This document shows positions 1 through 9,464 of a stretch of 64,000 nucleotides of DNA, one piece after another. How positions within the stretch are numbered: the stretch's first letter is position 1; each line of letters opens with the position of its first letter. The position numbers and the translations under genes are program-made. This stretch comes from Dehalococcoidia bacterium (GTDB taxonomy: Bacteria; Chloroflexota; Dehalococcoidia; SM23-28-2; RBG-16-64-32): NCBI GenBank assembly GCA_963665775.2, contig CAXXTF010000002.1, forward strand, positions 512,001 through 576,000, in the 5' to 3' direction. The notes below the pieces were generated by a model. It was not told the origin of the DNA. It saw only the letters and a list, made by a program, of their open reading frames with translations, and made no database searches.

Positions 1-46
1 TCATCCAGCCGCTTGCCTGAGCCCTCGGTCTGACCTGGGCTGTCCG

Positions 47-148
47 CTACCAGATAACGCCGATGTCGGCGCGGTCAGCCAAACCACGGCTCCCCCCCGC
101 GTTGAAGCCCGCGATCCAGCGGCCAACTACTCCCCGCTGGCTGCTCAT
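47..148 (-). pseudogene. possible transposase HTH remnant (IS630/IS481-like)
   Basis: Short frame VVGRWIAGFNAGGSRGLADR resembles the 'VxRWxxRFxxxGxxGLxDR' winged-helix motif of IS630-type transposases; no DDE domain or IRs visible. Confidence 0.3.
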
Positions 149-270
149 TCTACCTTTGTAGTACGCTCGCCGGGGGAGCGTGGCGTCATCTGGGCAGCCC
201 TTTTCAGTCAATCGGGCATCCGGTATCATAAGCGCAAGTCTCGTCGCTCCCAGAAGAGGAGAGTTCTGTC

Positions 271-759
271 ATGGCCCTAGCTGTTGGCTCGTCCGCTCCA
301 GCCTTCACGCTGACTGGAGTCGAGGGTGAGGTCTATTCTCTGAGCCGATCGTTGTCTGCCGGTCCGGTCCTTCTGGTCTTCTTCAAGTCAGGCTGCGGCG
401 CCTGTGACTTGGCCTTCCCCTACATCAACCGTCTGGCAGCCGCCTATGACGACGGCTGGCAACTGTGGGCGATAGCTCAGGAGCCACCCGAGCGGGCGCG
501 CCAGTACGCTGAGCGGCAGGATATGAAGTACCCCGTGCTGCTGGACACTCAGGATTACGAGGTGTCCAAGCGTTACGATCCGCCGGCCACGCCGACCTTC
601 TTCCTCATCGATCCTGACGGCCGAGTTGCCTACACAAACCATGGATTCAGTAAGGATGACCTGAACGAGATGTCGGGCCTCGTCGCCGCGCGGCTTGGCG
701 TCGAGGCGAAAGAGGTGGCCCCGGCCGATGATGGCCGGCCGGCCTTCCGCCCCGGCTGA
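271..759 (+). CDS. thioredoxin-fold redoxin (TlpA/peroxiredoxin-like); may extend through UGA to 783 as a selenoprotein
   Basis: AP.F.L start, FFKSGCGAC (CxxC), TPTFFLID; SD GAGGAG upstream; ends FRPG-UGA. Confidence 0.85.
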   Translation: MALAVGSSAPAFTLTGVEGEVYSLSRSLSAGPVLLVFFKSGCGACDLAFPYINRLAAAYDDGWQLWAIAQEPPERARQYAERQDMKYPVLLDTQDYEVSKRYDPPATPTFFLIDPDGRVAYTNHGFSKDDLNEMSGLVAARLGVEAKEVAPADDGRPAFRPG

Positions 760-798
760 CGCCCTCGTCATAACAGGGGCTAGTTCAGCTCCCGCTCC

Positions 799-827
799 TT
801 GTGGCCTTTGCCAAGCCGTGGTATATT
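799..827 (+). promoter_or_regulatory. sigma70-type promoter of the zinc-ribbon gene
   Basis: TTGTGG-N17-TATATT with TGn extension. Confidence 0.45.
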
Positions 828-960
828 TGGTCGAGAACCTCTGCGATCCGCAGGCGCTGGGCCTCTGATCGTAGACCGGGTTAAAGTTCCGAGTCAGCCC
901 GCCAGCGACACCAGCTCGATGACCGGACCTTAACCGAAGATCTGAAAGGAGATCATCGAG

Positions 961-1293
961 TTGGCTTACGAGGATCGCACACTTACCTGCGTCCAATGCG
1001 GTACGGAGTTTACGTTCACCGCCGACGATCAGCAGTTCCACGCCAGCCGTGGCTATCAGGACCCCAAGCGCTGTCCTGACTGCCGCCAGAGTCGGCGCAG
1101 CGAGCGCGGTGGCGGCTACGGCGGCGGCGGCGGCAGCGGCAGCGGCAGCGGCAGCTACGACCGCACCATGTACGACGCGGTCTGCGCCAACTGTGGGACA
1201 CAGACCCAGGTTCCTTTCCTGCCCCGACAGGACCGGCCCGTCTACTGCAGCGACTGCTTCTCCAAGATGAGGCCCACTCGCCCCAGCTGGTAG
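961..1293 (+). CDS. zinc-ribbon / CxxC-x17-CxxC domain protein
   Basis: Typical YEDRTLTCxxCG.EF.FT...PKRCxxC N-domain, Gly/Ser linker, CxxC...RPVYCxxC C-domain; TTG start after AAGGAG. Confidence 0.9.
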   Translation: MAYEDRTLTCVQCGTEFTFTADDQQFHASRGYQDPKRCPDCRQSRRSERGGGYGGGGGSGSGSGSYDRTMYDAVCANCGTQTQVPFLPRQDRPVYCSDCFSKMRPTRPSW

Positions 1294-1370
1294 ACCCCTG
1301 ACAGTAACGTCACCGGGTAATCTTTCCACGCCTGTTCCTAATTCCGTACTCACGGAAGGGGGGTTGCCTA

Positions 1371-1640
1371 ATGCTCACTGTCACCGACGAAGCTGCCAAC
1401 GCTCTCTCTGAGGCGGTCGCCTCTTGCCAGGAGGGATCCCCGCAGACGCTGCGTATCGCCCTCGTCGATGGAAAGTACGAGCTGAGTCTGAACGAGGCTG
1501 GCAAAGGGGAGCAGGTGATCGAGCACAATGGCCAGGCCTTGCTGGTCATGGACGCCGAGGTGTCCGTGGCCCTCTCGGATGCGCTCTTGAGCACCGAGGA
1601 GACGGAGGACGGTACCCGCCTGACCCTGACCAAGGGTTGA
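1371..1640 (+). CDS. HesB/IscA-like fold protein lacking the Fe-S Cys motifs
   Basis: MLTVTDEAA..L...LRI...LSL pattern of the Fe-S_biosyn family; only one Cys. Confidence 0.65.
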   Translation: MLTVTDEAANALSEAVASCQEGSPQTLRIALVDGKYELSLNEAGKGEQVIEHNGQALLVMDAEVSVALSDALLSTEETEDGTRLTLTKG

Positions 1641-1699
1641 TCCTCGCGCCCGGGCCCTTCCTGGCGTGGCGCGCACTCAGCCGCTATCATGGGCCTGCC

Positions 1700-2965
1700 A
1701 TGAGTCAGCCGCAGCGGACCGACGGCCCCCTCTCCGACATAACAATCTTGGACCTGACCTGGGTCCTAGCCGGGCCTTTCGCCTCCATGATCCTCCGCGA
1801 CCTAGGGGCCCGGGTCATCAAGATTGAGCGTCCTCCCTATGGCGACGTAGCCCGCACTACTGGTCCCTATCTCCACGAGGAGAGCGCCTACTTCTTCTCC
1901 ATCAATCGCGGCAAGGAGAGCCTTTGCCTGGACCTGAAGCATCCCCGTGGCAAGGAGACGTTCCTCCGCCTGTCCGAGAAGGCGGACGTGCTGATGGAGA
2001 ACTTCACCCCGGGTACCATGGACGCCCTCGGCCTCGGCTACCGGGCGCTAAGCGACCGGAATCCCCGCCTGGTCTACGCCGCCACCTCTGGCTTTGGGCA
2101 GACGGGGCCAGACCGGCATCGGCCTGCCCTGGACATCATCGTTCAGGGGATGGGTGGCGTCATGAGCATCACCGGCGAGGTCGAAGGCGATCCTGTCCGA
2201 CCGGGCGTCTCTCTGGGCGATATCACGGCCGGCCTCTACACCGCCATCGGTGTTCTGACTGCCCTGCATGAGCGGCAGGACAGCGGCAAAGGACAGATGG
2301 TCGATATAAGTATGCTGGACTGTCAGATCGCTATTCTTGAGAACGCCTTCATACGCTATTTCGCCACCGGCGAAACGCCCCGGCCACTGGGGACCCGACA
2401 TCCGCTGGCCACGCCGTTTCAGGCCTTCCCCACCAGGGACGGCTGGATCGTTCTGGCCCTCTCCTGGGGCGTCGAGAACCAGTGGGAGCTCTTCTGCGTA
2501 TCGATCGGCCGCCACGACCTGATCGACGACCCGCGCTTCCTGACACCCGGCCTGCGTACCCGTCACCACGATATCCTGGAGCCGCTGCTCAACGAGGCGC
2601 TGCGTCGGAGGAGCACCGAGGAGTGGTTGCGGGAGTTCGATGCCATCGGCCTGCCGTGCGGCCGCTTGAACGACATCCCCCAGGCTGCCGAGCACCCTCA
2701 GGTAGCGGCCCGCAAGATGCTTGTGGACGTAACGCATCCGGATGGCTTCAGCCTCAGGGTGCCGGACACCCCGGTCAAACTAAGCCGCACCCCAGGCCGG
2801 ATTCAGGGTCCTCCCCCCACTATCGGTGGCGACACGGATCGGGTTCTGGCCTCGCTATTGGGAATGTCGGACAGCGAGATCGCCGAATTGCGGGCAGCGG
2901 AGATCGTCTTCGGGCCGCTCCCCAGCCCGGTGCGGCAGATTCTGGAGTACGAGAACCAGGTCTGA
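1700..2965 (+). CDS. CoA transferase family III (CaiB/BaiF)
   Basis: PLSDITILDLTWVLAGPF, LGARVIKIE, NRGKES, ENFTPG, SGFGQTGP motifs; start reassigned to ATG 1700. Confidence 0.93.
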   Translation: MSQPQRTDGPLSDITILDLTWVLAGPFASMILRDLGARVIKIERPPYGDVARTTGPYLHEESAYFFSINRGKESLCLDLKHPRGKETFLRLSEKADVLMENFTPGTMDALGLGYRALSDRNPRLVYAATSGFGQTGPDRHRPALDIIVQGMGGVMSITGEVEGDPVRPGVSLGDITAGLYTAIGVLTALHERQDSGKGQMVDISMLDCQIAILENAFIRYFATGETPRPLGTRHPLATPFQAFPTRDGWIVLALSWGVENQWELFCVSIGRHDLIDDPRFLTPGLRTRHHDILEPLLNEALRRRSTEEWLREFDAIGLPCGRLNDIPQAAEHPQVAARKMLVDVTHPDGFSLRVPDTPVKLSRTPGRIQGPPPTIGGDTDRVLASLLGMSDSEIAELRAAEIVFGPLPSPVRQILEYENQV

Positions 2966-3043
2966 GGCTCCGCCTTAGGCCGCCAGCAGGATCGCCAGCG
3001 AGGTATGGGAGCCACCTCCCTGGCCGCGAGAATGTAGCGAGAG

Positions 3044-4231
3044 ATGCGTGCCTTTCTTCTGCCCGCCGTTGCCCTCGGTCTGATCCTGGTGGCCTGCGCC
3101 GGAAGCGCCATCGCGCCTGGGCTTACGGCGACGCCCGAGACATCGCCGCCATCCTTGCCAACGCTGTCGCCTACCGCCACCGCTGTCCCCACCCCCACCC
3201 CCACCCCCACCCTCACCCCCGCACCTACCCCGGCCTTCCTCGCACCGGATGAGGTACCGCTCCTCACCCTGGCGGATATCTTCGACAGTGGCGACAGGCG
3301 CGACATTCCAGACCTCCGCCTCGACCCCTCGCGTATCCGCACCCTCATCGCCACTGGTGATGTCATTCCCGCCCGTCACACGGACATCGCCATCCGCCGG
3401 CAGGGAGACGACTTTCTCTACCCTGTAGAGGCCACTAAGGAGATCACCTTAAGCGCCGACCTCACTATCGTCAACCTGGAGGCGCCCCTGATCAGCGGCT
3501 GTCCCTACCACGACTCAGGGTTCACCTTCTGCGGCCGTCCCGGCTTCACGGCCGCGCTTCAGGCCGCAGGAGTGGATGTGGTCACCCTGGAGAACAACCA
3601 CATCACCAACTACGGCCCCCAGGGCGTCGTTGAGACGATCGGCTACCTGGACGCCGCCGGAATCGCTTTCGCCGATCGTGACACTCCGGCCATAGCCGAG
3701 GTGCGGGGGCTCAAGTTCGGGTTCCTCGCCTTTAACGGCGTCGGCGAGGCCATAGACCGGGAGCTCCTGGTAGGCCAGATCGAGGCTCTGCGGCCTCAGG
3801 TGGATATCCTCTCCGTAGCTTTCCATTGGGGCGCCGAGTACGTCGCCCGGCCCGAGATAGCTCCCGGCATCGCTAACGATGATCCGGTTGAGATCGCCCA
3901 CCTGGCCGTCGAAGCCGGCGCCGATCTCGTCATCGGGAACCACCCCCACTGGGTTCAGGCCGTAGAGCTGTACGAGGGGAAGTTCATCGCCTACGCCCAC
4001 GGCAACTTCATCTTCGATCAGATGTGGAGCTATAAGACGCGGGTAGGGGTTATCGGTCGCTACACGTTCTACGACGACGTGCTGGTAAGGGTCGACTTCA
4101 TCCCGGTCCTGATCGAGGATTCCGCCCAGCCGGTTCCCATGGAGGGAGCGGAGGCCCAGGCGGTGCTGGACGGGATGCGTGCCGCCAGCGAGGAGCTGTT
4201 GGGCAAGCTCGAATCGGCGAGCCCTCCGTGA
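3044..4231 (+). CDS. CapA/PGA_cap family metallophosphoesterase-like lipoprotein
   Basis: Lipobox LVAC, Pro/Thr linker, TGD, NLEAP, LENNH, FHWGAEY, IGNHPHW, GNFIFDQ. Confidence 0.9.
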   Translation: MRAFLLPAVALGLILVACAGSAIAPGLTATPETSPPSLPTLSPTATAVPTPTPTPTLTPAPTPAFLAPDEVPLLTLADIFDSGDRRDIPDLRLDPSRIRTLIATGDVIPARHTDIAIRRQGDDFLYPVEATKEITLSADLTIVNLEAPLISGCPYHDSGFTFCGRPGFTAALQAAGVDVVTLENNHITNYGPQGVVETIGYLDAAGIAFADRDTPAIAEVRGLKFGFLAFNGVGEAIDRELLVGQIEALRPQVDILSVAFHWGAEYVARPEIAPGIANDDPVEIAHLAVEAGADLVIGNHPHWVQAVELYEGKFIAYAHGNFIFDQMWSYKTRVGVIGRYTFYDDVLVRVDFIPVLIEDSAQPVPMEGAEAQAVLDGMRAASEELLGKLESASPP

Positions 4232-4249
4232 GCGCCGGTCCGGCAGCGG

Positions 4250-5473
4250 TCAGGGCGACCCCCTGGCATCCGCCTCAGCCCGCGGCGCTCCGCCGCCTCG
4301 GCGGCGCTCGGACATCGCCCACAGGGTCAGGGTGAGGGCCACCGTTACGGCCAGGAAGGCGGATAGCGCCAAGAACGCGGCCGAGGTGTCCCACCGGTCG
4401 ACGAAGGCGCCGGCGATGACGCCGCCTACTGAGCCCAAGCCGAACATGGCGAAGAATGAGAAGCCGTAGCTGCGTCCCACCGCGCCCTCCGGTGCGTAGT
4501 CGGCGATGAGGCCGGTGAACACCGGCTGGTTGGCGAAGTAGAAGAAGACGAAGACCGAGGCCAGGATCACCAGCGGCGCCCCGCTCAGTAACGCGGTCAG
4601 GATCAAGGCCGGCAGGGTCAACAGCCCGATGATCGGCGCCAGCCGCTCCAGCCTCACCCGCTGCGACAGTGCGCCCCCGACGAGCTGCCCCACCGCGCCC
4701 ATGAGCAGGGCCAGGGTGACGAAAGCGCCACCCAGATCCTCGTTCACGAACGCTTCCAGGTGTCTGGGCAGGAAGGTGATGGCCCCCCGGTACACTATGC
4801 CGCTGAGGACGAAGGCGGCGTAGACCAGCAGGAGCGGCGGCACAAGACCGCGCCCCCCTCGTCTTTGGTCGCTCGGTTTGGGTTCCGGCGCGCTCTCGGT
4901 CAGCGGCACCTCCGCGTCGCCGCTGATGGGCAGCCGCGTAGTCGCCATCACCAGCGCCAGCACACCGGCCAGCACCGCCACGAAGAAGAAGGCGGCTCGC
5001 CAGTCGATCAATACGGCCAGGCCTATGGCGATTGCCGGCGCCAGCGCCTGTCCGACATTACCGGCCACGCCGTGAAACCCTAGAGCCAACCCCCGCTGGC
5101 GGACGCCTTGAGCCATCAAGGAGAGACCAGCCGGGTGATACAGGCCGACGGCAAGCCCCAGTCCGGCCAGCGCCGCCGCCAGGAACCACACGTTGGGGGC
5201 GATCCCCACCAACACCGCCATCACGGCCGCGCCGCTGAACGCGTACACCAGCACTCGGCGCGAGCCCAGCCGGTCCGTCAGGAACCCGGCGGGGATCGCC
5301 GTGCTGCCGAAGGCCCAGCCGAACACTGTCGCCAGCAAGCCTGAGATGACGGCCCGGATACCGAAGTCGTCCTCGATGCGGGTCAGCAGCACTGGGTAGG
5401 TCAGCTCCATCACGTGCACCACCGCGTGGGCCGCGGCCGTATAGGCTATGAGTCTTCGCTCTGCTGGGTTCAT
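4250..5473 (-). CDS. MFS transporter
   Basis: About 12 hydrophobic segments; motif A GFLTDRLGSRR; YHP motif. Confidence 0.9.
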   Translation of the reverse strand: MNPAERRLIAYTAAAHAVVHVMELTYPVLLTRIEDDFGIRAVISGLLATVFGWAFGSTAIPAGFLTDRLGSRRVLVYAFSGAAVMAVLVGIAPNVWFLAAALAGLGLAVGLYHPAGLSLMAQGVRQRGLALGFHGVAGNVGQALAPAIAIGLAVLIDWRAAFFFVAVLAGVLALVMATTRLPISGDAEVPLTESAPEPKPSDQRRGGRGLVPPLLLVYAAFVLSGIVYRGAITFLPRHLEAFVNEDLGGAFVTLALLMGAVGQLVGGALSQRVRLERLAPIIGLLTLPALILTALLSGAPLVILASVFVFFYFANQPVFTGLIADYAPEGAVGRSYGFSFFAMFGLGSVGGVIAGAFVDRWDTSAAFLALSAFLAVTVALTLTLWAMSERRRGGGAPRAEADARGSP

Positions 5474-5656
5474 GGGCTACCGTCGATTATAAGACGCCGC
5501 TATCGCCGTTCGCCATACTCAGAGCAGGTTCGGGGCTGTCGCAAGATTCTGGGAGATTCCGCAAGAACGGTGCCTGGGCGGTAAATCCAGGGCGCTCCCT
5601 CTGACGTAGCGTATATGATCGATATCCTTTAGCTGCCAGCCTCAAGGAGGTCCGTC

Positions 5657-6292
5657 ATGCGCTTCAGCTTGCCTATTCTGGTTCTGGTCACCGCATTGCT
5701 GGTGTCCGCCTTCGCCGTGGGCGGCGGCAGTGACACCGTATCCGCCCAGGAGCACGAGGTCGTCCTCACGTTCGAGGCGGTCGGCGATTCCGGCATCTCC
5801 GGTACCGCCACCCTGACCGCCGCCGGCGACGACGTCCAGGTGGTCCTCGCGGTCACCGGCCTCGCAGACGACAAGACGTACCTTTCCGCTGCTTATAACA
5901 GCTCCTCGGTCGTCTGCTTCGGCGGGCTCCTTGGCGGGGGCTTCTCGGCTACCTTCGCGGCAGCCGACGGCGGCATCACCTACACTGTGGCGGGCACCGC
6001 CCTCTCCGACATATTCTCCGTGTCCGTCCGTGACGTAACAGAAACCGGCTCCCCGCCGGGCACTGTCGTAGCCTGTGCCGAGCAGACCGTCGCTACTCCG
6101 ACGCCTGCCGCTACGGCCGCTCCGACGCCTGCCGCTACGGCCACTCCCGGCGATGTGCCCCCCACGGGTGGCCCGCCCACAGCGCTCGGCGATGGTACGT
6201 CGGCCTGGTGGCAGTACCTCCTCATCGCCGGTGGCGCCCTCGCCCTCCTCGGCGGTGGCACCCTGGCCGTCAGGGGACGGCGAGTACAGTAG
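5657..6292 (+). CDS. secreted protein with a C-terminal sortase-like anchor (VPPTG-TM-RGRR)
   Basis: Signal peptide, beta-rich domain, Pro/Thr/Ala linker with a 24-bp tandem repeat, PPTGG + TM helix + basic tail; SD AAGGAGG. Confidence 0.75.
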   Translation: MRFSLPILVLVTALLVSAFAVGGGSDTVSAQEHEVVLTFEAVGDSGISGTATLTAAGDDVQVVLAVTGLADDKTYLSAAYNSSSVVCFGGLLGGGFSATFAAADGGITYTVAGTALSDIFSVSVRDVTETGSPPGTVVACAEQTVATPTPAATAAPTPAATATPGDVPPTGGPPTALGDGTSAWWQYLLIAGGALALLGGGTLAVRGRRVQ

Positions 6293-6298
6293 CCTTTA

Positions 6299-6330
6299 GG
6301 GAGGGGATGGCTTTGAAGCTGTCCCCTCCC
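6299..6330 (+). terminator. strong hairpin downstream of the secreted-protein gene
   Basis: GGGAGGGGATGGCT-TTGA-AGCTGTCCCCTCCC; no U-tract. Confidence 0.55.
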
Positions 6331-6571
6331 GACGTTCCAACCTAGTCGGTTATCGCCGCCGGAGCAGACCGATAGACCGGCAGCGAAGGCATTCAGGCCC
6401 CAGCCGGGGCCGTGCCGCTAAACCGCATCGATCTATTGCGATCCGGCGCGCTGCCCTCTTCCCTCCTGCTGCCACCATGCTCTAGAATGGCCTCGTGGCA
6501 GCCACGACGAGTTCAGCCGCCTGTCCAAGGCCATCAACGCACCCGGTTCAGCCTTACCTCTCCCTGCACCG

Positions 6572-7861
6572 ATGATCGAACGTTATACCCGCCCCCAAAT
6601 GGGCGGCGTCTGGTCCGAGGAGAACAAGCTGGATCGCTGGCTCCAGGTAGAGATCGCCGTCTGCGAGGCCTGGACCGCCCGCGGCGTCATCCCCCGGGAG
6701 GCGATGGAGGGCATTCGCGGCGCCCGCTACGACCGTGACGACATCGCCCGCTATCTGCCGGAGATGCATCACGATATGACCGTCTTCCTCCGCTCCCTCG
6801 CCGACTCTCTCGGCCCCGAGTCCCGCTTCGTTCACCTGGGCCTCACCTCCCAGGACGTTATAGACACAGCCCTCGCCCTCCAGCTCGTGGAGGCCACCGA
6901 GCTGCTGGAGCAGGACATCCGCGCCCTCATGGACGCCGTCCGCGAAAAGGCGTTGGAGTACAAGGAGACCATCTGCATCGGCCGCACCCACGGTGTCCAG
7001 GCCGAGCCCACCTCCTTCGGCCTCAAGCTGGCCGGCTGGTGGGACGAACTGCGTCGCCAGACGCACCGCCTTACCCAGGCCAAGGAGACGGTCTCGGTAG
7101 GCAAGATCAGCGGCACCGTGGGTACTCACGCCACTGTCCCACCCGATATCGAGGATGAGGTCTGCGGTCGCCTGGGCCTCACGGTGGAGCCGATCTCTAC
7201 CCAGATAGTCCACCGCGACCGCCACGCCCATTACGTCTCGACGCTGGCCCTCATCGCCGCCAGCCTGGAGAAGTTCGCCACCGAGGTCCGCCACCTCCAG
7301 CGCACCGAGGTTCTGGAGGCGGAGGAGCCCTTCGCCGAGGGGCAGACCGGTTCCTCCGCTATGCCCCACAAGCGCAACCCGGAGAAGTGCGAGCGCATCT
7401 GCGGCCTGGCCCGTCTCTTCCGCGGTTACAGCGTCACCGCCCTGGAGGATGTCGCCCTCTGGCACGAGCGGGACATCTCCCACTCGTCGGCGGAGCGGAT
7501 CATCCTGCCGGACGCCTGCATCCTCCTGGACTACATGCTGGACATGTTCGCGGGCATCATCCGGGGCCTTCGGGTCTACCCGGAGAACATGAGGCGCAAC
7601 CTGGAGCTCACCCAGGGCGTCATCTTCTCCCAGCGCGTACTCCTGGCCCTCATCGATAAGGGTATGAGCAGGCAGGAGGCGTATAAGCTCGTGCAGGACG
7701 GCGCCATGCGCGCCTGGCAGGGGCGCACACCCTTCCTGGACCTCCTGCTCGACGACTCCCAGGTGACGGCCCGCCTCTCCCGCGACGAGCTGGCATCCCT
7801 TTTCGACTACGGTTTCTACCTGAAGCACGTGGACGAGAGCTTCCGGAGGGTGGGGCTGTAG
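6572..7861 (+). CDS. purB: adenylosuccinate lyase
   Basis: MIERY start, VHLGLTSQD, GRTHGVQAEP, GSSAMPHKRNP signature. Confidence 0.97.
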   Translation: MIERYTRPQMGGVWSEENKLDRWLQVEIAVCEAWTARGVIPREAMEGIRGARYDRDDIARYLPEMHHDMTVFLRSLADSLGPESRFVHLGLTSQDVIDTALALQLVEATELLEQDIRALMDAVREKALEYKETICIGRTHGVQAEPTSFGLKLAGWWDELRRQTHRLTQAKETVSVGKISGTVGTHATVPPDIEDEVCGRLGLTVEPISTQIVHRDRHAHYVSTLALIAASLEKFATEVRHLQRTEVLEAEEPFAEGQTGSSAMPHKRNPEKCERICGLARLFRGYSVTALEDVALWHERDISHSSAERIILPDACILLDYMLDMFAGIIRGLRVYPENMRRNLELTQGVIFSQRVLLALIDKGMSRQEAYKLVQDGAMRAWQGRTPFLDLLLDDSQVTARLSRDELASLFDYGFYLKHVDESFRRVGL

Positions 7862-7881
7862 CTGCTACCAAGGAGCAAACC

Positions 7882-8109
7882 ATGTCAATCGCAAAATGTG
7901 AAGGGTGCGGTCACCCACAGGGGAGTAAGCGGAATTATGTGCAAGCCGTTAGGCCCATCGGCTATCCGGATTCTGCGGCCTTATGCAACTCAAGTGGCTG
8001 CTTCAAGCCAGCCATGATATGGCTGGACGAGGCCGAAGAACGGGAATATAGCGCCGGAGAGCGCATCTTTATGCCTATCACAGGCGCAATCAAGATCCGT
8101 GTACTATGA
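7882..8109 (+). CDS. small Cys-rich hypothetical protein (75 aa)
   Basis: SD AAGGAG; CxxC and Cx4C; ATGA overlap with purC; many A/T-ending codons. Confidence 0.7.
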   Translation: MSIAKCEGCGHPQGSKRNYVQAVRPIGYPDSAALCNSSGCFKPAMIWLDEAEEREYSAGERIFMPITGAIKIRVL

Positions 8110-9005
8110 CCTCCCCCATCCTGACCGAGACCACCCTCGACCTGCCCCTCCTTGCCCGCGGCAAGGTGCGCGACATCTACGACCTGGGGGACAAGCTCCT
8201 CATCGTCGCCACCGACCGCATCTCCGCCTTCGACGTCATCCTGCCCAACGGCATCCCAGACAAGGGCCGCGTCCTCACCCAGCTCTCCGCCTTCTGGTTC
8301 GAGCTTACCGGCGAGGTCGTCCCCAACCACTTCCTCCGCCTGGTGGACGGCACCCACGTCGAGGGCGTGCCGCTGGAGCTCCCGCCTGAGTTCATCGGCC
8401 GCGCCATGCTCGTCCGCAAAGCCAAACGGATCGACGTCGAGTGTGTGGTGCGTGGCTACCTCGCCGGCACCGGCTGGAGCGAGTATCAGGAGAAGGGATC
8501 GATCTGCGGCGTGAAGTTGACGCCGGGCTTCGTGGAGAGTCAGGAGCTGTTCGAGCCGATCTTTACGCCTACCAGCAAGGCCGAATCCGGCCACGACCTA
8601 CCCCTCACCTTCGAGGCGGTCGTGGCGCAGGTGGGCGAGCAGGCGGCCAACGTCGCCGCCCTGCGCAGCCTCGCCGTTTACCGTTTCGGCCGCGAATTCG
8701 CCCGCGAGCGGGGCATCATCATCGCCGATACCAAGTTCGAGTTCGGCTGGCTGGACGACGAGGTCACCCTCATCGACGAGTGCCTCACGCCAGACTCCAG
8801 CCGCTTCTGGCCCGCCGATCTGTACCGGCAGGGTGGCCCCCAGCCCAGCTTCGACAAGCAGTTCGTGCGCGACTACCTGACGGAGATCGGCTGGAATCGC
8901 GAGCCGCCGGCGCCGGAGCTTCCTGCCGATATCGTGGAGAACACCGCCGAGAAGTACCGCGAGGCGTTCCGGCGCCTTAGCGGGCGTGAGCTTGTCCGGC
9001 CGTAG
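8106..9005 (+). CDS. purC: SAICAR synthetase
   Basis: [50 protein letters not shown]. Confidence 0.97.
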   Translation: MTSPILTETTLDLPLLARGKVRDIYDLGDKLLIVATDRISAFDVILPNGIPDKGRVLTQLSAFWFELTGEVVPNHFLRLVDGTHVEGVPLELPPEFIGRAMLVRKAKRIDVECVVRGYLAGTGWSEYQEKGSICGVKLTPGFVESQELFEPIFTPTSKAESGHDLPLTFEAVVAQVGEQAANVAALRSLAVYRFGREFARERGIIIADTKFEFGWLDDEVTLIDECLTPDSSRFWPADLYRQGGPQPSFDKQFVRDYLTEIGWNREPPAPELPADIVENTAEKYREAFRRLSGRELVRP

Positions 9006-9044
9006 GGGCGTGCGGCGGTCTGGCGCGCGGGTCAGCGACAGGGC

Positions 9045-9464
9045 ATGGATGGGGTGAGCACCCTGCGCGCGACCGACCCTCAGGCCCTCGCCCAGGCTGT
9101 CCGCGAGTTCAACGCCTGGCGCTTCTACGATTGCCACGAGACCCTGGAGGATGTCTGGCGCGAGCAAGCTCGGGATATCGCTGACTTTTATCAGGGGCTA
9201 ATCAAGGTCGCCGCCGGCTTTCACCACCTGCTCAGGGGGAACCACAAGGGGGCCGTCAGCCTCTTCTCCGGCGGCATCGACCTCCTGCAACCGTTTCGGC
9301 CGGCATGCCTCGGCGTCGATATCGGGCGTCTAGTCGATGACGCGCGCCTCTGCTTCGATCTCATGCTTGAGCTCGGCCCCGAGCGCCTCTCTCAGTTCGA
9401 TCGCGCGCTCATCCCCCATATCCACTTCGACGCTGAGATGACGATGAAGGAGCCGCTGCTATGA
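9045..9464 (+). CDS. DUF309 family protein
   Basis: FN...FYDCHETLEDVW, FYQGLI.VA. Confidence 0.85.
   Translation: MDGVSTLRATDPQALAQAVREFNAWRFYDCHETLEDVWREQARDIADFYQGLIKVAAGFHHLLRGNHKGAVSLFSGGIDLLQPFRPACLGVDIGRLVDDARLCFDLMLELGPERLSQFDRALIPHIHFDAEMTMKEPLL

Noticed and set aside
1638-1703. UGA readthrough in the HesB-like gene as a second selenoprotein
   Set aside because: The UGA is not at the GG(C/U) position of HesB selenoproteins, and the extension runs through the next gene's promoter
3186-3232. CCCACC tandem repeats (also PT/GS linkers at 1120-1155, 6095-6146, 62380-62510)
   Set aside because: Ordinary low-complexity protein linkers
6489-6571. Purine-related riboswitch (ZTP/PRPP/guanine) before purB
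   Set aside because: Only a small hairpin; no recognisable consensus
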